The notes below the pieces were generated by a model that saw only the letters and a program-made list of their open reading frames with translations, made no database searches and was not told the origin of the DNA. A stretch of 64,000 bases of DNA from Lingula anatina (taxonomy: Eukaryota > Animalia > Brachiopoda): assembly GCA_051362555.1 (NCBI GenBank), contig CM120641.1, forward strand, positions 42,538,401 to 42,602,400. The letters run 5' to 3'. Position 1 is the first letter of the stretch, and every line of letters begins with the position of its first letter. Below are positions 11,376 through 23,300 of the stretch, piece by piece. The translations under genes were made by a program, and so were the position numbers.

Positions 11376-12375
11376 TTATTATTATTATTTGCATTCTTGG
11401 AGAAATATATATGGTTTGTGTAGTATTCTTGCTAAGTTTCTTTAGAAATACTGTACAGGTTTTCAGCGCGAATTTAATGTTTAGCTTTCTTTTTAGACGG
11501 ACTTATGATTGTACCAAAAATATTTTTTTCGCCATGCAGATTATACAGATCAACTCCACATAGTATCTTACACAGCTTTGTGCATGTTTTTCGTTTTATC
11601 TTTACTTTCAGATTTGTTTTTAATTCATACAAATGATGGACAACAAAACGGAAAGCGTTGAGAAAGCAAAGTCTGTTGAAGGTGAGAGGGCCGCACACTT
11701 CTAAGGATAATTTTTCTTTTTTATGTTAAATAGCTATCGCCAATATTCATTATCTTTTTTCTTTGAAAATTATCTCTTTATATATCCACTCTTTTTGCTT
11801 TGCATTAAAAACAAATTAAATTTTCCTTTAGTCTCATTTTTTTCTTATTTTAGACAGCCATGAAGGAATTACGTCATGCCAGTACAATACGCCTATCAAA
11901 TGGCATTACACTGCCGTAAGTGTTTTTTTTTTCCTGTTTTAAAAACATCAGTTTTCGATGCCCCTTGTCAGCTTTTTGATGAATTTTGAATATATGGTCT
12001 TTATTCTTTTTAAAAAAAAATCAACGAGCGGAATACGTTACATTTAATACTTTATTAATATTTCATCTGCTTTTTGTAGGTGAAAGATATAAAAGATGCC
12101 GGGTGGACTTGCCCTCTGGATCGCCCTAAACATGGCTTCGTACGTACACTGGACTGTGTGTCTGGGACGTCGGGCATATTTTGGGAGGCCATGCTAGGGA
12201 TGGCAAAGAGGTGGAGAGCGGGAGACATTCCACGGCCAGACCTATTTTTCATTTTGGCTTAACGTTTTTCTTTAAAAAATTATTTTTAAAATTATTATCA
12301 TTTTTAATTTCATCTCCAGGGTTCTTAGCATGCCTGGCGTAGACACTTCTGTTAAGAAAGATTTGGAGAGGTTGC

Positions 12376-12412
12376 GTCAGACCTTGGACCTATTTAGGTC
12401 CAAGGTCAGACC
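12376..12412. mobile_element. Palindromic micro-insertion flanked by direct repeats (probable transposon excision footprint)
   Basis: GTCAGAC-CTTGGACCTA-TT-TAGGTCCAAG-GTCAGAC: a perfect 10-bp inverted repeat (13 bp if the flanks are included) between 7-8-bp direct repeats at 12376 and 12405. Confidence 0.75.
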
Positions 12413-12623
12413 CAGGAGGGATGGAGGAGAAGAGTAGAGTACAGGGATATAAAGGCAGTCTGGGAGGAGATTGAAATGCCAGAAGAGAAAGGTATGTGAA
12501 CTATACACAACACTATTTTTTATTATTGGTTAAATGCTTGTTGGGTCCTTCTTAAAAACAGACTCTTATACGACCAAATTATAGTGGTATAGTGGTTACA
12601 AATAAGAAAAATAAAATAAATGA

Positions 12624-12625
<2 letters not shown>

Positions 12626-12672
<47 letters not shown>
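12626..12672. repeat. (TAA)n microsatellite
   Basis: Directly visible, in the last intron of the orphan gene. Confidence 0.95.
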
Positions 12673-12675
<3 letters not shown>

Positions 12676-13620
12676 TATAGAAGATGTAAAGAACTAAAAT
12701 AAAATCTAGGTATGAACAGCAATGCAGTGTGTAATGTTTTTCATTTCAATACTTCAGTAACTGTGGCTCCAGAGGTGGATGAGACTAAACTTACCATTAA
12801 AGAGACGAAGAGAGGGAAGGAGAAGAAGAGAGGCATACTCGGAGATTTTATGTCGTGGCTATTACGTCCTGTGTTAGAAAGAGAAAAGAGCAGGGGTGAA
12901 AAAGAATACACAGCTCACCTCTCTTTGAGAATATCATACCAAAGACGGATAATGCGTAGAACTGTTTTAAGTGGAATTTTTTTAAATCATGACAGTAACC
13001 TCTGAAAAATGATTTAACATGTATGTTAAATGATAGATGACATTTACAACATACAGAAAGGCTGAGTTTGAAGGAGATAAAACTTTTTGTTTGTAAATGA
13101 TTCAAGAAATGATAAATCAACTCTTTATTCGCGTAAGTTTTTTTATGTAGTCGAATCATGCATTGCAATAATTTATTTAAAATCTTTCATCAAAAAGAGT
13201 TATTAAATTGACGTTAATTGAAACAATTAAACACTTTGCAATATTTGTTGTTTTTTTCCCTGCCTATACTTGGTGCTGAAATATTTTAATGTAAGAAATA
13301 GTAGTTCGAGATCGTTATCATATCATTGTACCTACCAGTAAACCCCGCAGAATTGTGTCCACAAAAGGCAAACGCCTGGCGTATAATGGCAGACTAAATC
13401 ACATAAAATTCGGTTGAGTCAAACAAAATAAAACATGGATCTACAAACACACCACGATAGGCATAGGTCTACAATATTTTGAACAAAGAGTGCACAACTT
13501 ATGCATTAAAAAAAATGAATATGCCTATATTTAGAATTAAATCAATCAATTTTGGTGATGGTGCAGCGCTTGTGTGAACGGTTGTGTTTCAAAAATACTA
13601 ATAAAGTAAACAAATAAATA

Positions 13621-13855
13621 GGGAAGACCGGGGCTAGTTGGACCCCGGGGTAAGTTGGCCCCCCATCAATTTATGACAAAGTAACTATGAGGTAAAAGAA
13701 TTGATCACATCATTTTGTGACCGTATCCAATAATGCTAAGAAAGTGTCGGCAGTGAATCCAAATGAAATAATTTAGCATCTTAAAGTAACTTTATTAAAG
13801 AGACATGATGGGGGGGGGGCAACTTACCCCGGGGTCCAACTAGCCCCGGTCCCCC
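13621..13855. mobile_element. TA-flanked MITE (Tc1/mariner-pogo-type ends)
   Basis: ~44-bp near-perfect TIRs gggaagaccggggctagttggaccccggggtaagttggcccccc / ggggggcaacttaccccggggtccaactagccccggtccccc, with TA at 13619-13620 and 13856-13857. Confidence 0.85.
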
Positions 13856-14159
13856 TAAATATAAAAAACAAAACATTAAAAGTATCCGAATGTAACTAGC
13901 TCGAAAATTGAAACGATTTGGCATTAAAGGATTTGAAACCAAGTGACGGCAACGCGCTTCTAAGAAGGTACCTCAATGGAGTTGTATTGTGTTAGGTGAG
14001 ATGATTGTACAAATGCTGTGACATACATTTTTCACTTGCTCCACATGCTGTCAGCATTCTGAAATTAACAAGCCTTGTACTTTCAGTACGTTTTTCTCAC
14101 GTTCATAGACAGATTCTTTTCAGGGCAAGTAAATAGATGTACATGTATATTAATATTTG

Positions 14160-14351
14160 ATCGTTTGATCGCACTTGTTTTGAGGGGTTGCGAAACGGCA
14201 TTTCGGATGTCCAGGGTCGAAAAATTCTGTGCCCAGGGCCCTGAATCAGAGAAGGGTCCTCGAAATACAAGATGGAAATTTATCCATGGCAACACAGACA
14301 AGAACGCGTTAAAAAGTCTGAAAGATGCTTATAAAGTTGTTGACTGTGCAG
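14160..14351 (+). promoter_or_regulatory. Candidate promoter / first non-coding exon of the giant cadherin
   Basis: Last CpG-rich stretch before a long CpG-poor region. Contains a near-consensus RFX X-box (TTATCCATGGCAAC, 14280-14293) and ends in a donor CAG|gtaata at 14351/14352. Linkage to the cadherin is inference. Confidence 0.35.
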
Positions 14352-17300
14352 GTAATAGATAATGATGCACTTTGTGCTTTCAGTCCCTTCATGTAAAGTA
14401 CAGATAACATAGACTTCTTCATACTAGTACTGTGTTAAAGAGTGTGAGCTTTTCTAGCCTCTCAATAAACAAAGCCAACCTTATTACTTACAGTGTACGT
14501 ACTTTCAATGCACACAAGCTTAATATATAAAGAAAAAAAAAAACATTTGGTGATTAATACCATGGAATTACATATGTTAGCTATCAAATTCCTTGGTAAT
14601 GCCATCCACATTAGAGTATCTGTTTATAAATTTCAAGTAGAAAATGATTAAAAAAAGGAAATATCATTTCTACAAAAAAAATTAAAAATCTTATTTGTGT
14701 TGATGTTGCATCTGATGGTTTTCAATTAATATTGCAGATCAGTGCCTTGTGACATGAATCACAACAGTTTCCACAGGACTCATGACACAATGATTTCAAA
14801 ACAGTAAATACTGATTTTCGAAGGTAAAATGACAGATTGTATCATGTGCACTGTCCCTCCTAAATGACAAATATTTCATATACTTTTAAGCACTGAAAAT
14901 TGCTGCAAATTAAACCAATTTTTGAAAATTTGAAGAAAGGGAATTTTTTTAAAACTTATTTTTATTTGAAAGAAAGCAAAGTACATAGTGAGCATAATGA
15001 AGTAATACATATGCCATTGGTGTCAGCAGTTAGACCTTTTTTGTCAGATATGACAGCCAAAAATATTAACGGTGGTAGTTTCAGGTAATCTATGAAATAA
15101 TAAGACAAGTGTACAAGCAAAGTGAGGTAATACATATGAACAATTTCAATGTCTGCCCTCCCCCCCCTCCCCGAACAGTTTGCTAGTCCTTGATCTGCTA
15201 GTCGTTGATGTTGCTTGACATCAAAATAAGAAAATAAGACATATATTGCATAACTGAAACGATTTGCATCATGATATATATCGCAGTCTACTAGCCCAGG
15301 GGGCAATAATTTTGTTGAGAATCTTTTTCAGTATTTGAAAGTTCACGACATTCTGAAGGTCATTATCATGATGAATGCCACTTTAGACAGACTATGAGCA
15401 AGCTATAAGTCAATATAGGCTGGCTTGGGGTCATTATACTTGACCACAGGGCCGGGTCCATTGATGAAAGGTGTATTTTACGCTAAGTGAACATCAGAGA
15501 TGTTTATCTGGAGCAGTCAAGGTGATCAAGATTTGTGATTTGTTGGTGCATGAAGTGGACAAACAGCTGTTTATGTTTATGGCAAGAATTAGAATGGCCT
15601 TTTTACAATTTGCACGTACTTAGATTTTAATTGAATTTAATTAGATTTTAATTTTAGGTTAAAAAATTTAAAAAATAAAATATGAAGGCTGAAAACTTTC
15701 AGTGATAATTTTTTTTTATTTATTTGAAATGAACAGTTAATGTTAGATTGGCATTTTTCTTTTTTTAAACATTAATATATCTGATATTACATGTACATTC
15801 ATAACTGTTTTATTCAGTAAATTAATTGTCAGAAAAAAAAAACAACATAAAAGCCTTGTGTTTTTTTTTTCTTCAGCTGGGCAAACCAAATTGATGTACA
15901 GTTGAAGTTGTAATTGGATACTTGTTACATAACTGTCAACAATGGCTGAGAGTTGCTCTGCCTATTGTCATCCACCTGAGACAGGTAGGAAATACTGCTA
16001 ATCTGCTTTCAGATCTCATTATATTACCACCTATCATTTAAAGAGACCCTGTGTGTGTGTGTGTTCCCTCAGCTGCTTTTACCAGCAGTAGTGCACTTGT
16101 GTGACTTTCATTTAATCCGTTTTGTTTTATCGTAATAAATCTATATAACATACTTCAAATTGTGTTATGATTCCTTTGACCTTGTGATCTCCACAACAGT
16201 CAGGGATTATTGAGAAGAATGGAAGTTTTATTTGTTTACCTATGGGCAGGTAGCACAATGCTTGCCTCAATATCTTACATGAAGAACCGGTTTTTCTACC
16301 TGAATCCCTTGAACCAATGTTAGTTGACTGGGGTGCTATTTTTACCAACCAAGCATGTCTAATGTAAAGATGTGTCTTAATGTTCACCTGTTATCACACC
16401 TGACTTAAATGCATGCCGTCCAGTTATAACTGACCCTCTCTTCAGCCAAGGTGTGACACACGGGACGTCAGAGGTGGATTTTTTTTGTTTGGGAAAAAAC
16501 TTCACGACCTGTACTGACAGGTAAGTAGTGTCACCTCAAGGTGTGCACTTTATTCTGTTAAGTTCACCTGTGCTTCCTGTAGTTCTGTGTTGGCCCACAA
16601 GCATGAACTGAGATTTAAAATTTGTGTGACGCTGTCAACATTATATTCTCTAGCATGTCATGACTATTGCTTGTCTTATGTGAACTCATTAGACAAGACT
16701 CCAGGTCCGTCATAGCTTTACAGTAGAAAAAAAGGCATTAAGTCGTTGACTGTCTAAGCAGCACCTCATAAATTTCCCAATGTCTCGGTCCCTCCCTGAG
16801 TGTACTGATGAATCAGATGTTCCACCCAGTTACATAGATACATCTTTTTGCTCTGTGTTCAAAAACTAATGGAGACGGTCATGCATCCATCTAGATATGT
16901 TGGTTTCTTATGATCTTTTTGATGGCACGTGTTGAGCAGTGTAATAACTGTTATTAGTAATGGTCATAGGCTTGTCCATGCAAGGAAGTGGACATGGGAT
17001 CTGACCACTAAATATCATTTTTAATGGTTGGTTTAAATCAAAAGAGAATGAAGGGAGTACTTTGTCATTTGGACACACAACATTGATTCACTGACTTAAC
17101 CCTTCTTTTGGTTTTACCTGTAAGCCTTACATATACAAATCATACACAATATGATAATTTTGACTGACTAACAATACTGCAGTGACCCTGAGTATTTTGT
17201 TACATCTAGAAAGATGAACATTTTGTAATGGGAGTTCCCTTGCAAATTTAGGTTAGCCACACCTTGTTTACACCCCCCCCCCCCACATCTTTATTTTTAC

Positions 17301-20300
17301 CTGGCCCAAGTCCCGATTCATAGCCTTCAAAACTTTGTAAACATATAAACCCCAAGTTGCAGCGTGTTAAAATATACACATTTTTAGTGCTTACATAGGA
17401 GAAGTATGAGACTGAGGACTATAATACATCTTTTATCCTTTCAAAAATAGGCACAGTGAATGCTACCTATCAAGTAATCTGATATACTTGCTGGATCATG
17501 CATTCATTGGTGAAATGTTTTCTTTCCTCCACAGTGCTGTCATGTTGTTATATGGTTTAAAGGTACCTGTAAAATGTCTTGTGGAAAACTTTGGAAAATA
17601 TACTTTTCTTGTCAAAAAATGTGAAAAAAAACTTGGAAAACATTAAATCTACCTTTAGAACGTCAAAATATAATACAAACATGAAATGAGAAATGCACTG
17701 CATAGACATTCAGATATACTAGTAATATGGAAAAAAAATTATGTAGTAAGTGAGACAAAGTGGAATACATGTCGTTGACAAAAGAAATATGATACAAAAA
17801 TATATGATTGTGGGATATTTGTGTAATAGGGTTGCAAATTGCTTCAGTAATTTTATTTGTAGGTATCACTTTCATGTTAGAACTGAATTTGTGTTTATGA
17901 AGTCCATAGCAGAACAAACTGAGGCCCATACTAGCAAATCACATGAAGTTGACCACCCTCAAATGGACATTGATACTGGTACTGTTGACCAACTGGTGAT
18001 TTTTAAAGGTTCTTTCCACTCTACATGTAGCTCCACTCATGCTCATAATGTCAATTAACCTATGTATCAGCGTTTTCTTAAACAGGGATGCCATTTTTAC
18101 ACATTTTGACTACCATTCATTTTGTCTGCTTTTCATGACAACATTTGCAAATAATGTAGCTACCCAGAATAAAAAAAATTCAAGGTTGACAACCCTGCTG
18201 TGCACGATGTGTCATGAAAAGGGGGTTGATTTTTACCATTCTGCTGAAGTAATTTTACTCAACCCCCAAAAGATGTTATATGAAATTATGGAATTGGGTT
18301 AAAACTGACTAGAATTACAATTACAAGGATAGACCAGTGAAATAGGTTTAGGTTTAGATTTAAAATGGATACCCAAAAGATGCATGCAAATGAGAATGGG
18401 TCTTTTATGGCATTTTTTCATTTTGTCAGGTGCATGGTACTGGGAGCTAGATTAAGATGCATTATTAAGCTGAATAATATTTTAACCCTTTAATTATTTA
18501 AAAAGAAAAAAAACTAATTTTGTTTAGAAACTTTGTTTTATTGTTTTCATAGTATACGTATATGTTTTGATTTTTTCAGTCATATAAAAAGTCCTCAGAT
18601 AAACGAAATACTTGATTGTATGAGATTTCTCTCTGAAGGTACAATGCCACCAGTAAAAAAACTGCCATCATAAAAATTTAGAGCTATAATTTTGGTTTGT
18701 AATACCTTGTATAAGTTGGTTGGTTAGTCACTCATTTTCTTAAAAAATGGACAAGGCGTAGAACTACATTGTAAAATCATGGTCATTTGTTATAGAAATG
18801 ATCTACAGCTTAGTGCACCTACATTACCTGTACTCTCACTGAATTGAGACATCATATGCACCAAAACTGACATAAAATGCTGATCTCATATAAAATTGTA
18901 ATACTTTTTTAATGCTTTGTGATAATTCCCTATCTTGTGGCAAGTAATTAATTCAGTGATGCTAAGAAGCGCAATGACGACACGCTGTATTCTGGGTGGG
19001 GGATGGCAATCGTGACAGGAGGAATAAATCACTACAAGTCTTTTTTTCAAACCAGTTTTCCGTGACGGGCTGATATGTGTGCACCTCTCCTGAATTCATT
19101 AGTGAAAGTGTAACTGGAACAACAGGAACATCCCCTTGGATTAAGGAGGGGAACAAAAACAGAAAATTTTCAAACTTATTATTGGATTTTTTATTCTGAT
19201 CTAAAAAGATACCGTAATTGGACTAAAAAAACTTCAATTGGACGTAACATACGTGGGTCAAGTAAGTTAATTTATTCCTTCCATTTTAAAGATTGGTTTG
19301 ATAGAATTTTTGGATGATGACTTTGATGTCTTCAGGCATATAGTATCTCTAATATTCTAGTTTGGTTACCACCTATGTCTGTTTGAAACTGCTTAAGGGA
19401 AGAAAATCAGATAAACTATCATTTGAAAGAATTGAAGTGATTTCCTCACTTTGATAATTAAATTAATGTTAAAATTACAGGAAAAAGATACGTTTTTTAT
19501 GCTTTTTAGTTAGATATTAATTCCATCTAGTCATAGAAATATAGTCTGGAATTTTAACCATGTTCAAAACTAATTCATGGATATTGTGTCTGAGATATGA
19601 ATGGTGAAAAAATGGTCAAACTTTGCAAAATGTATGACTTTAATTTTTTTTTATGAATTTAAGGACATTTAAGAATGCAATGCTATTGATGGGAGAACTC
19701 TGATACATCTCCCTATATATATATATAAATTACCATAAAAGTAGTACTTACTAATTGATACCTCAACTTCAGTTCTTTTTTCACCTTGTAATTTTTAAGA
19801 GTTAATGGTCAGGTAGATAAAATCAAAATAATTATATACTTTAACCACTGAATCTGATTGTCTTAATCTAATCTGACCATGGGCTAAGAGGTTACCATAA
19901 AACAGGAGAGGCTATCTAAAGTTGTCATCTTAGCATATCCTGATGGCCAATGGTCACTCTTCAGGGCATTTTGTTTTGGTTTAGACACTTTGTTAACTGA
20001 TCATATATCTGAAAGGAACTTTATCTGTATCTATATCTGAGATCTTTGTGAGCAGTTACTTTGGTGCATGTGCACTGTTGTTTTATCCACTGGCATTTGG
20101 TTCAAATTGTGAATTGTTTGTGGAATCAGTTCATTCTTTTTCAACATTTAGAGAGAAAAAAAAACATAGCACTGTTTAACACAACCAATAAAACATTATG
20201 GTTGGTTGATTTTGATATAATTTGTTTCAAACATAAAATACCTCTGAAGGTGACAGAAAAGATGCTCTGCATTAAAAGCAGTGAGTTGAAGACTTTTAGT

Positions 20301-23300
20301 TAGGAATGCAAACATTGGTGGATTTTATTTGTCTGTAAAAAATGCAAATGAAAATATTAAAACGATGAACTTTATTTTTTTATTTTCTTTTTTCTTTTTG
20401 AAATAATGTCTATGGGGAATGAAATATAGCTTCTTTTTTTGTTGAATATATCATTTCATTTTACGGATTGATCTTGAATACCTCTATTTATGAAGTGCTT
20501 GAAGATCTTGTATAAAATATATTCATATATTTAAAAAAGCTCAAAATAAGGGTTGTTAAGGATTCGTAAAAAGGCATTTACATAATACTGGGGGACATAA
20601 AAGAGGTAGTTTACTTTGAATTATCTCAAGACCTGTCCTCTATCATTCAAATACATGCAAGACTTCATAAAGAATCTTGACCTGGTCTTTAACATTCTGT
20701 TTTTCAAAATTCAAATATTTGAAATGTCAGGATGCTGAAGTGTATAGTGATCTGAGTGTAACTAAATGCAAATAGAATGGTCATATGCTCGGGAAAATTT
20801 ATGCCTGGCAGAAGTCAAGATATGTATTATATTAGAAAATATACTGGGATAAGTAGGCTAGCATTAATTAGCTTTTCAAAGAAATAACAGGTAAAGTTTT
20901 AAAATGGTCTTGCATATTTGGATTGTAGTTTTTGTAACAGAGTACTGCAGAGAGGTTATAAAATCTACAAAATGTATGTTCAGAAGTTGATATGCCATGA
21001 AGCAGTAGAGAGTAAAATTTCATTGTATTATAACCATTATTTTTTAAAGTTACAAAAATTAACTTTTTAGTTTACCTGATATGCACATTGTTTCTTGAAT
21101 TAGGCATTTAGTTTTAAGAATAAAATGAGTCAGTACATGAAAATATTGTATAATAAGACCTTCCCAATGTTGGTTATTTTATCAGTACTACTCCCTGCTC
21201 ATTTCTTGCACTAGATATGTCACTCCTTTTTTGGAGGCCCCTCAACTTCTTTATAGATTGTTTCTTTCTGCCATATTTGGTATATGTATATACAGTACAT
21301 ATCAGGATGCAAAACCTATTATGATTGGTTACCTGGTGCACTGTATATGGGATTTTATTCTAGTCAGTTTTTCTTCAGATACATCAGATTTTAACTCATT
21401 GTTAGTGTGAACTATGGTTAATAGATTATAACACTGACAAAAAAAAAAAAGATATTAATAACTTCCCCAGTCACCAAGTGCAGATGTATCTACCATAAGC
21501 CAAGACTGGTACGTACTAGTTCCCATCCTTCCCAGAAAAAATTGGTCAAATACAAGTATGTATCACTGCTTGAGCATAAGCTGTAATGGTGAAGCCATCA
21601 AACATTTGATTGGAAATTTACAATTTTTTACACATTAAATGCCTGCAGATTGATGGTGCATGTTTAGATATGATAAAACTGAATATTGCGGTTAACGGCC
21701 AAATAGACTGTTATTGTATTTCTCTAACAAGTAAAGAATATTTATCATAGAAGTGACTGATGAATGCTAACTTTACATACACACCTGTCCAAAACAATAG
21801 GAGTGCCAATAAAATGACACAACGTTGACATATAACAAATCTAGTAACCTGCGATGACTGAGGTGACCAATGAGGAGAGATGTCATACTTGGAGCCATCA
21901 TGATCTATCAAGGGCTTATTGCTCCCAATCTTGTCGCAACTCGCATGACTAACAAAATTATGGAGGGTTTCTTTTGTTTTCTTATACATACAACACCCTT
22001 AATTACAGTGATATGGTCAGACTGTACCGGATTTAATCATGTAATAGAATGCAGGCTATTACCACTTAATGACTCCTAAATGCTTCTTTTAATTAACACT
22101 AAGCAGTGTGCACTTGGATTGATTGCTGTGTAATCTGTCGAAAAGGCATATTTTATATGACAGAGTGTCATAGGCTGGTAGAAATATTCAGACAGTTGTA
22201 GAGTTTTGGACCTGAGTCAGCAAGGTTTTAAGATAATCTCAAACAGGTTGATGTATTTTTTTCTCCTCAAAGTTTGATTTTTTACGTTCTGTTTATTTTT
22301 TATTTATTTATTTTATTTTACAATGGTACATATCTAAAAGGCCACAAAGAGTTGACTACCTGTGTTTGCATGTTTGCACAGGCACCTTAAATACAAGTTT
22401 ATGTTGAGGCTTGAACCTTTAAATTTTGGGTATCAGCATTCCTGCATTACCTCATCTCATTGGGCAAGTGTATAAAACATGAAGTACTTCTGTATTGCTA
22501 GCACACAGGTGGTCAGCAGTGACCAAGGGAGGTAGGTTTCAGTGTGGTAGGTGTGATAGTGTGTTTGAGTTGATAATGTGTTGGATTGTGACAGGGTAAA
22601 GGGAAGTTGGTTTGAAGATATTTTGAAAGTACCAACTTTATTTGCACGAGACAGACAGTGTTGATAAACTGAAAGCACCAACTTAAAGTGTCTATGGTTT
22701 TAGCTTTATTGCAGATGCTTGGCTTTAATGAAAACTTAGTTACTCTGAGATGAAAATTGTTGAAAGAAAACTTAACAGATTTGTCCTCCTATATTTAAAG
22801 TGAAGATCAGGGTAAAAGAAATGGAATATAAAATATGAATGTTCTTCAAAATATTAGCTTTTTAGACCAAAAAGATGTTCAAAAATCATTTACATGTAAA
22901 TGAAATGTAACTACTTCCCAGCACTGCATTTACAAAGTCAATTGTTTTTAATTATCTTAATTTGGCCACAAACAAACAATCAAAAATCCCTTTTAGTCCT
23001 AAATTAAGTCACACCTAAATTCTTAACAATATGTGTCATTTTTTGCCAAATAGATGAGTTATAGCTAGAATTAATGCCACTGTTATGCTGCAAGAGAAAA
23101 TCAACAGGTAATATATCCAGACTGTAAAGCCTATGGGGAATATCAGTCTCTAATTATGTTTGTATCTGACAGTTTAATAGGCATGTAACAGAATAAGATG
23201 ATCGCCTAAAGGTTTTGTAGTAGAATATAGTAAAGTAACAGTTATTGATGCCACGGGCCTGTTGCACTTTATGTGGCGGAACTGTTTTTGCTGGGTAACT

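Larger units (their letters stand above)
11633..13005 (+). pseudogene. Five-coding-exon orphan gene (210 aa when repaired), frameshifted by a 29-bp insertion in exon 4
   Basis: Exons 11633-11681, 11854-11915, 12080-12210, 12320-12491 and 12758-13005, all GT-AG. Phases 1/0/2/1 match once 29 bp at 12384-12412 are removed: MMDNKTESVEKAKSVEDSHEGITSCQYNTPIKWHYTAVKDIKDAGWTCPLDRPKHGFVRTLDCVSGTSGIFWEAMLGMAKRVLSMPGVDTSVKKDLERLRQTQEGWRRRVEYRDIKAVWEEIEMPEEKVTVAPEVDETKLTIKETKRGKEKKRGILGDFMSWLLRPVLEREKSRGEKEYTAHLSLRISYQRRIMRRTVLSGIFLNHDSNL. The exon-3 donor (gtggag) is weak. No family recognised. Confidence 0.65.

Noticed and set aside
10205-13385. Possible large transposon enclosing the orphan gene (tagcccaggg… / …cctggcgta ends)
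   Set aside because: End similarity too weak, no TSD and no transposase found; cannot be supported without a genome-wide copy search.
14075-14362. 95-aa ORF (…MSRVEKFCAQGPESEKG…) as a protein-coding gene
   Set aside because: No recognisable domain. If spliced to 26340 it is out of frame with the cadherin, so at most a uORF.
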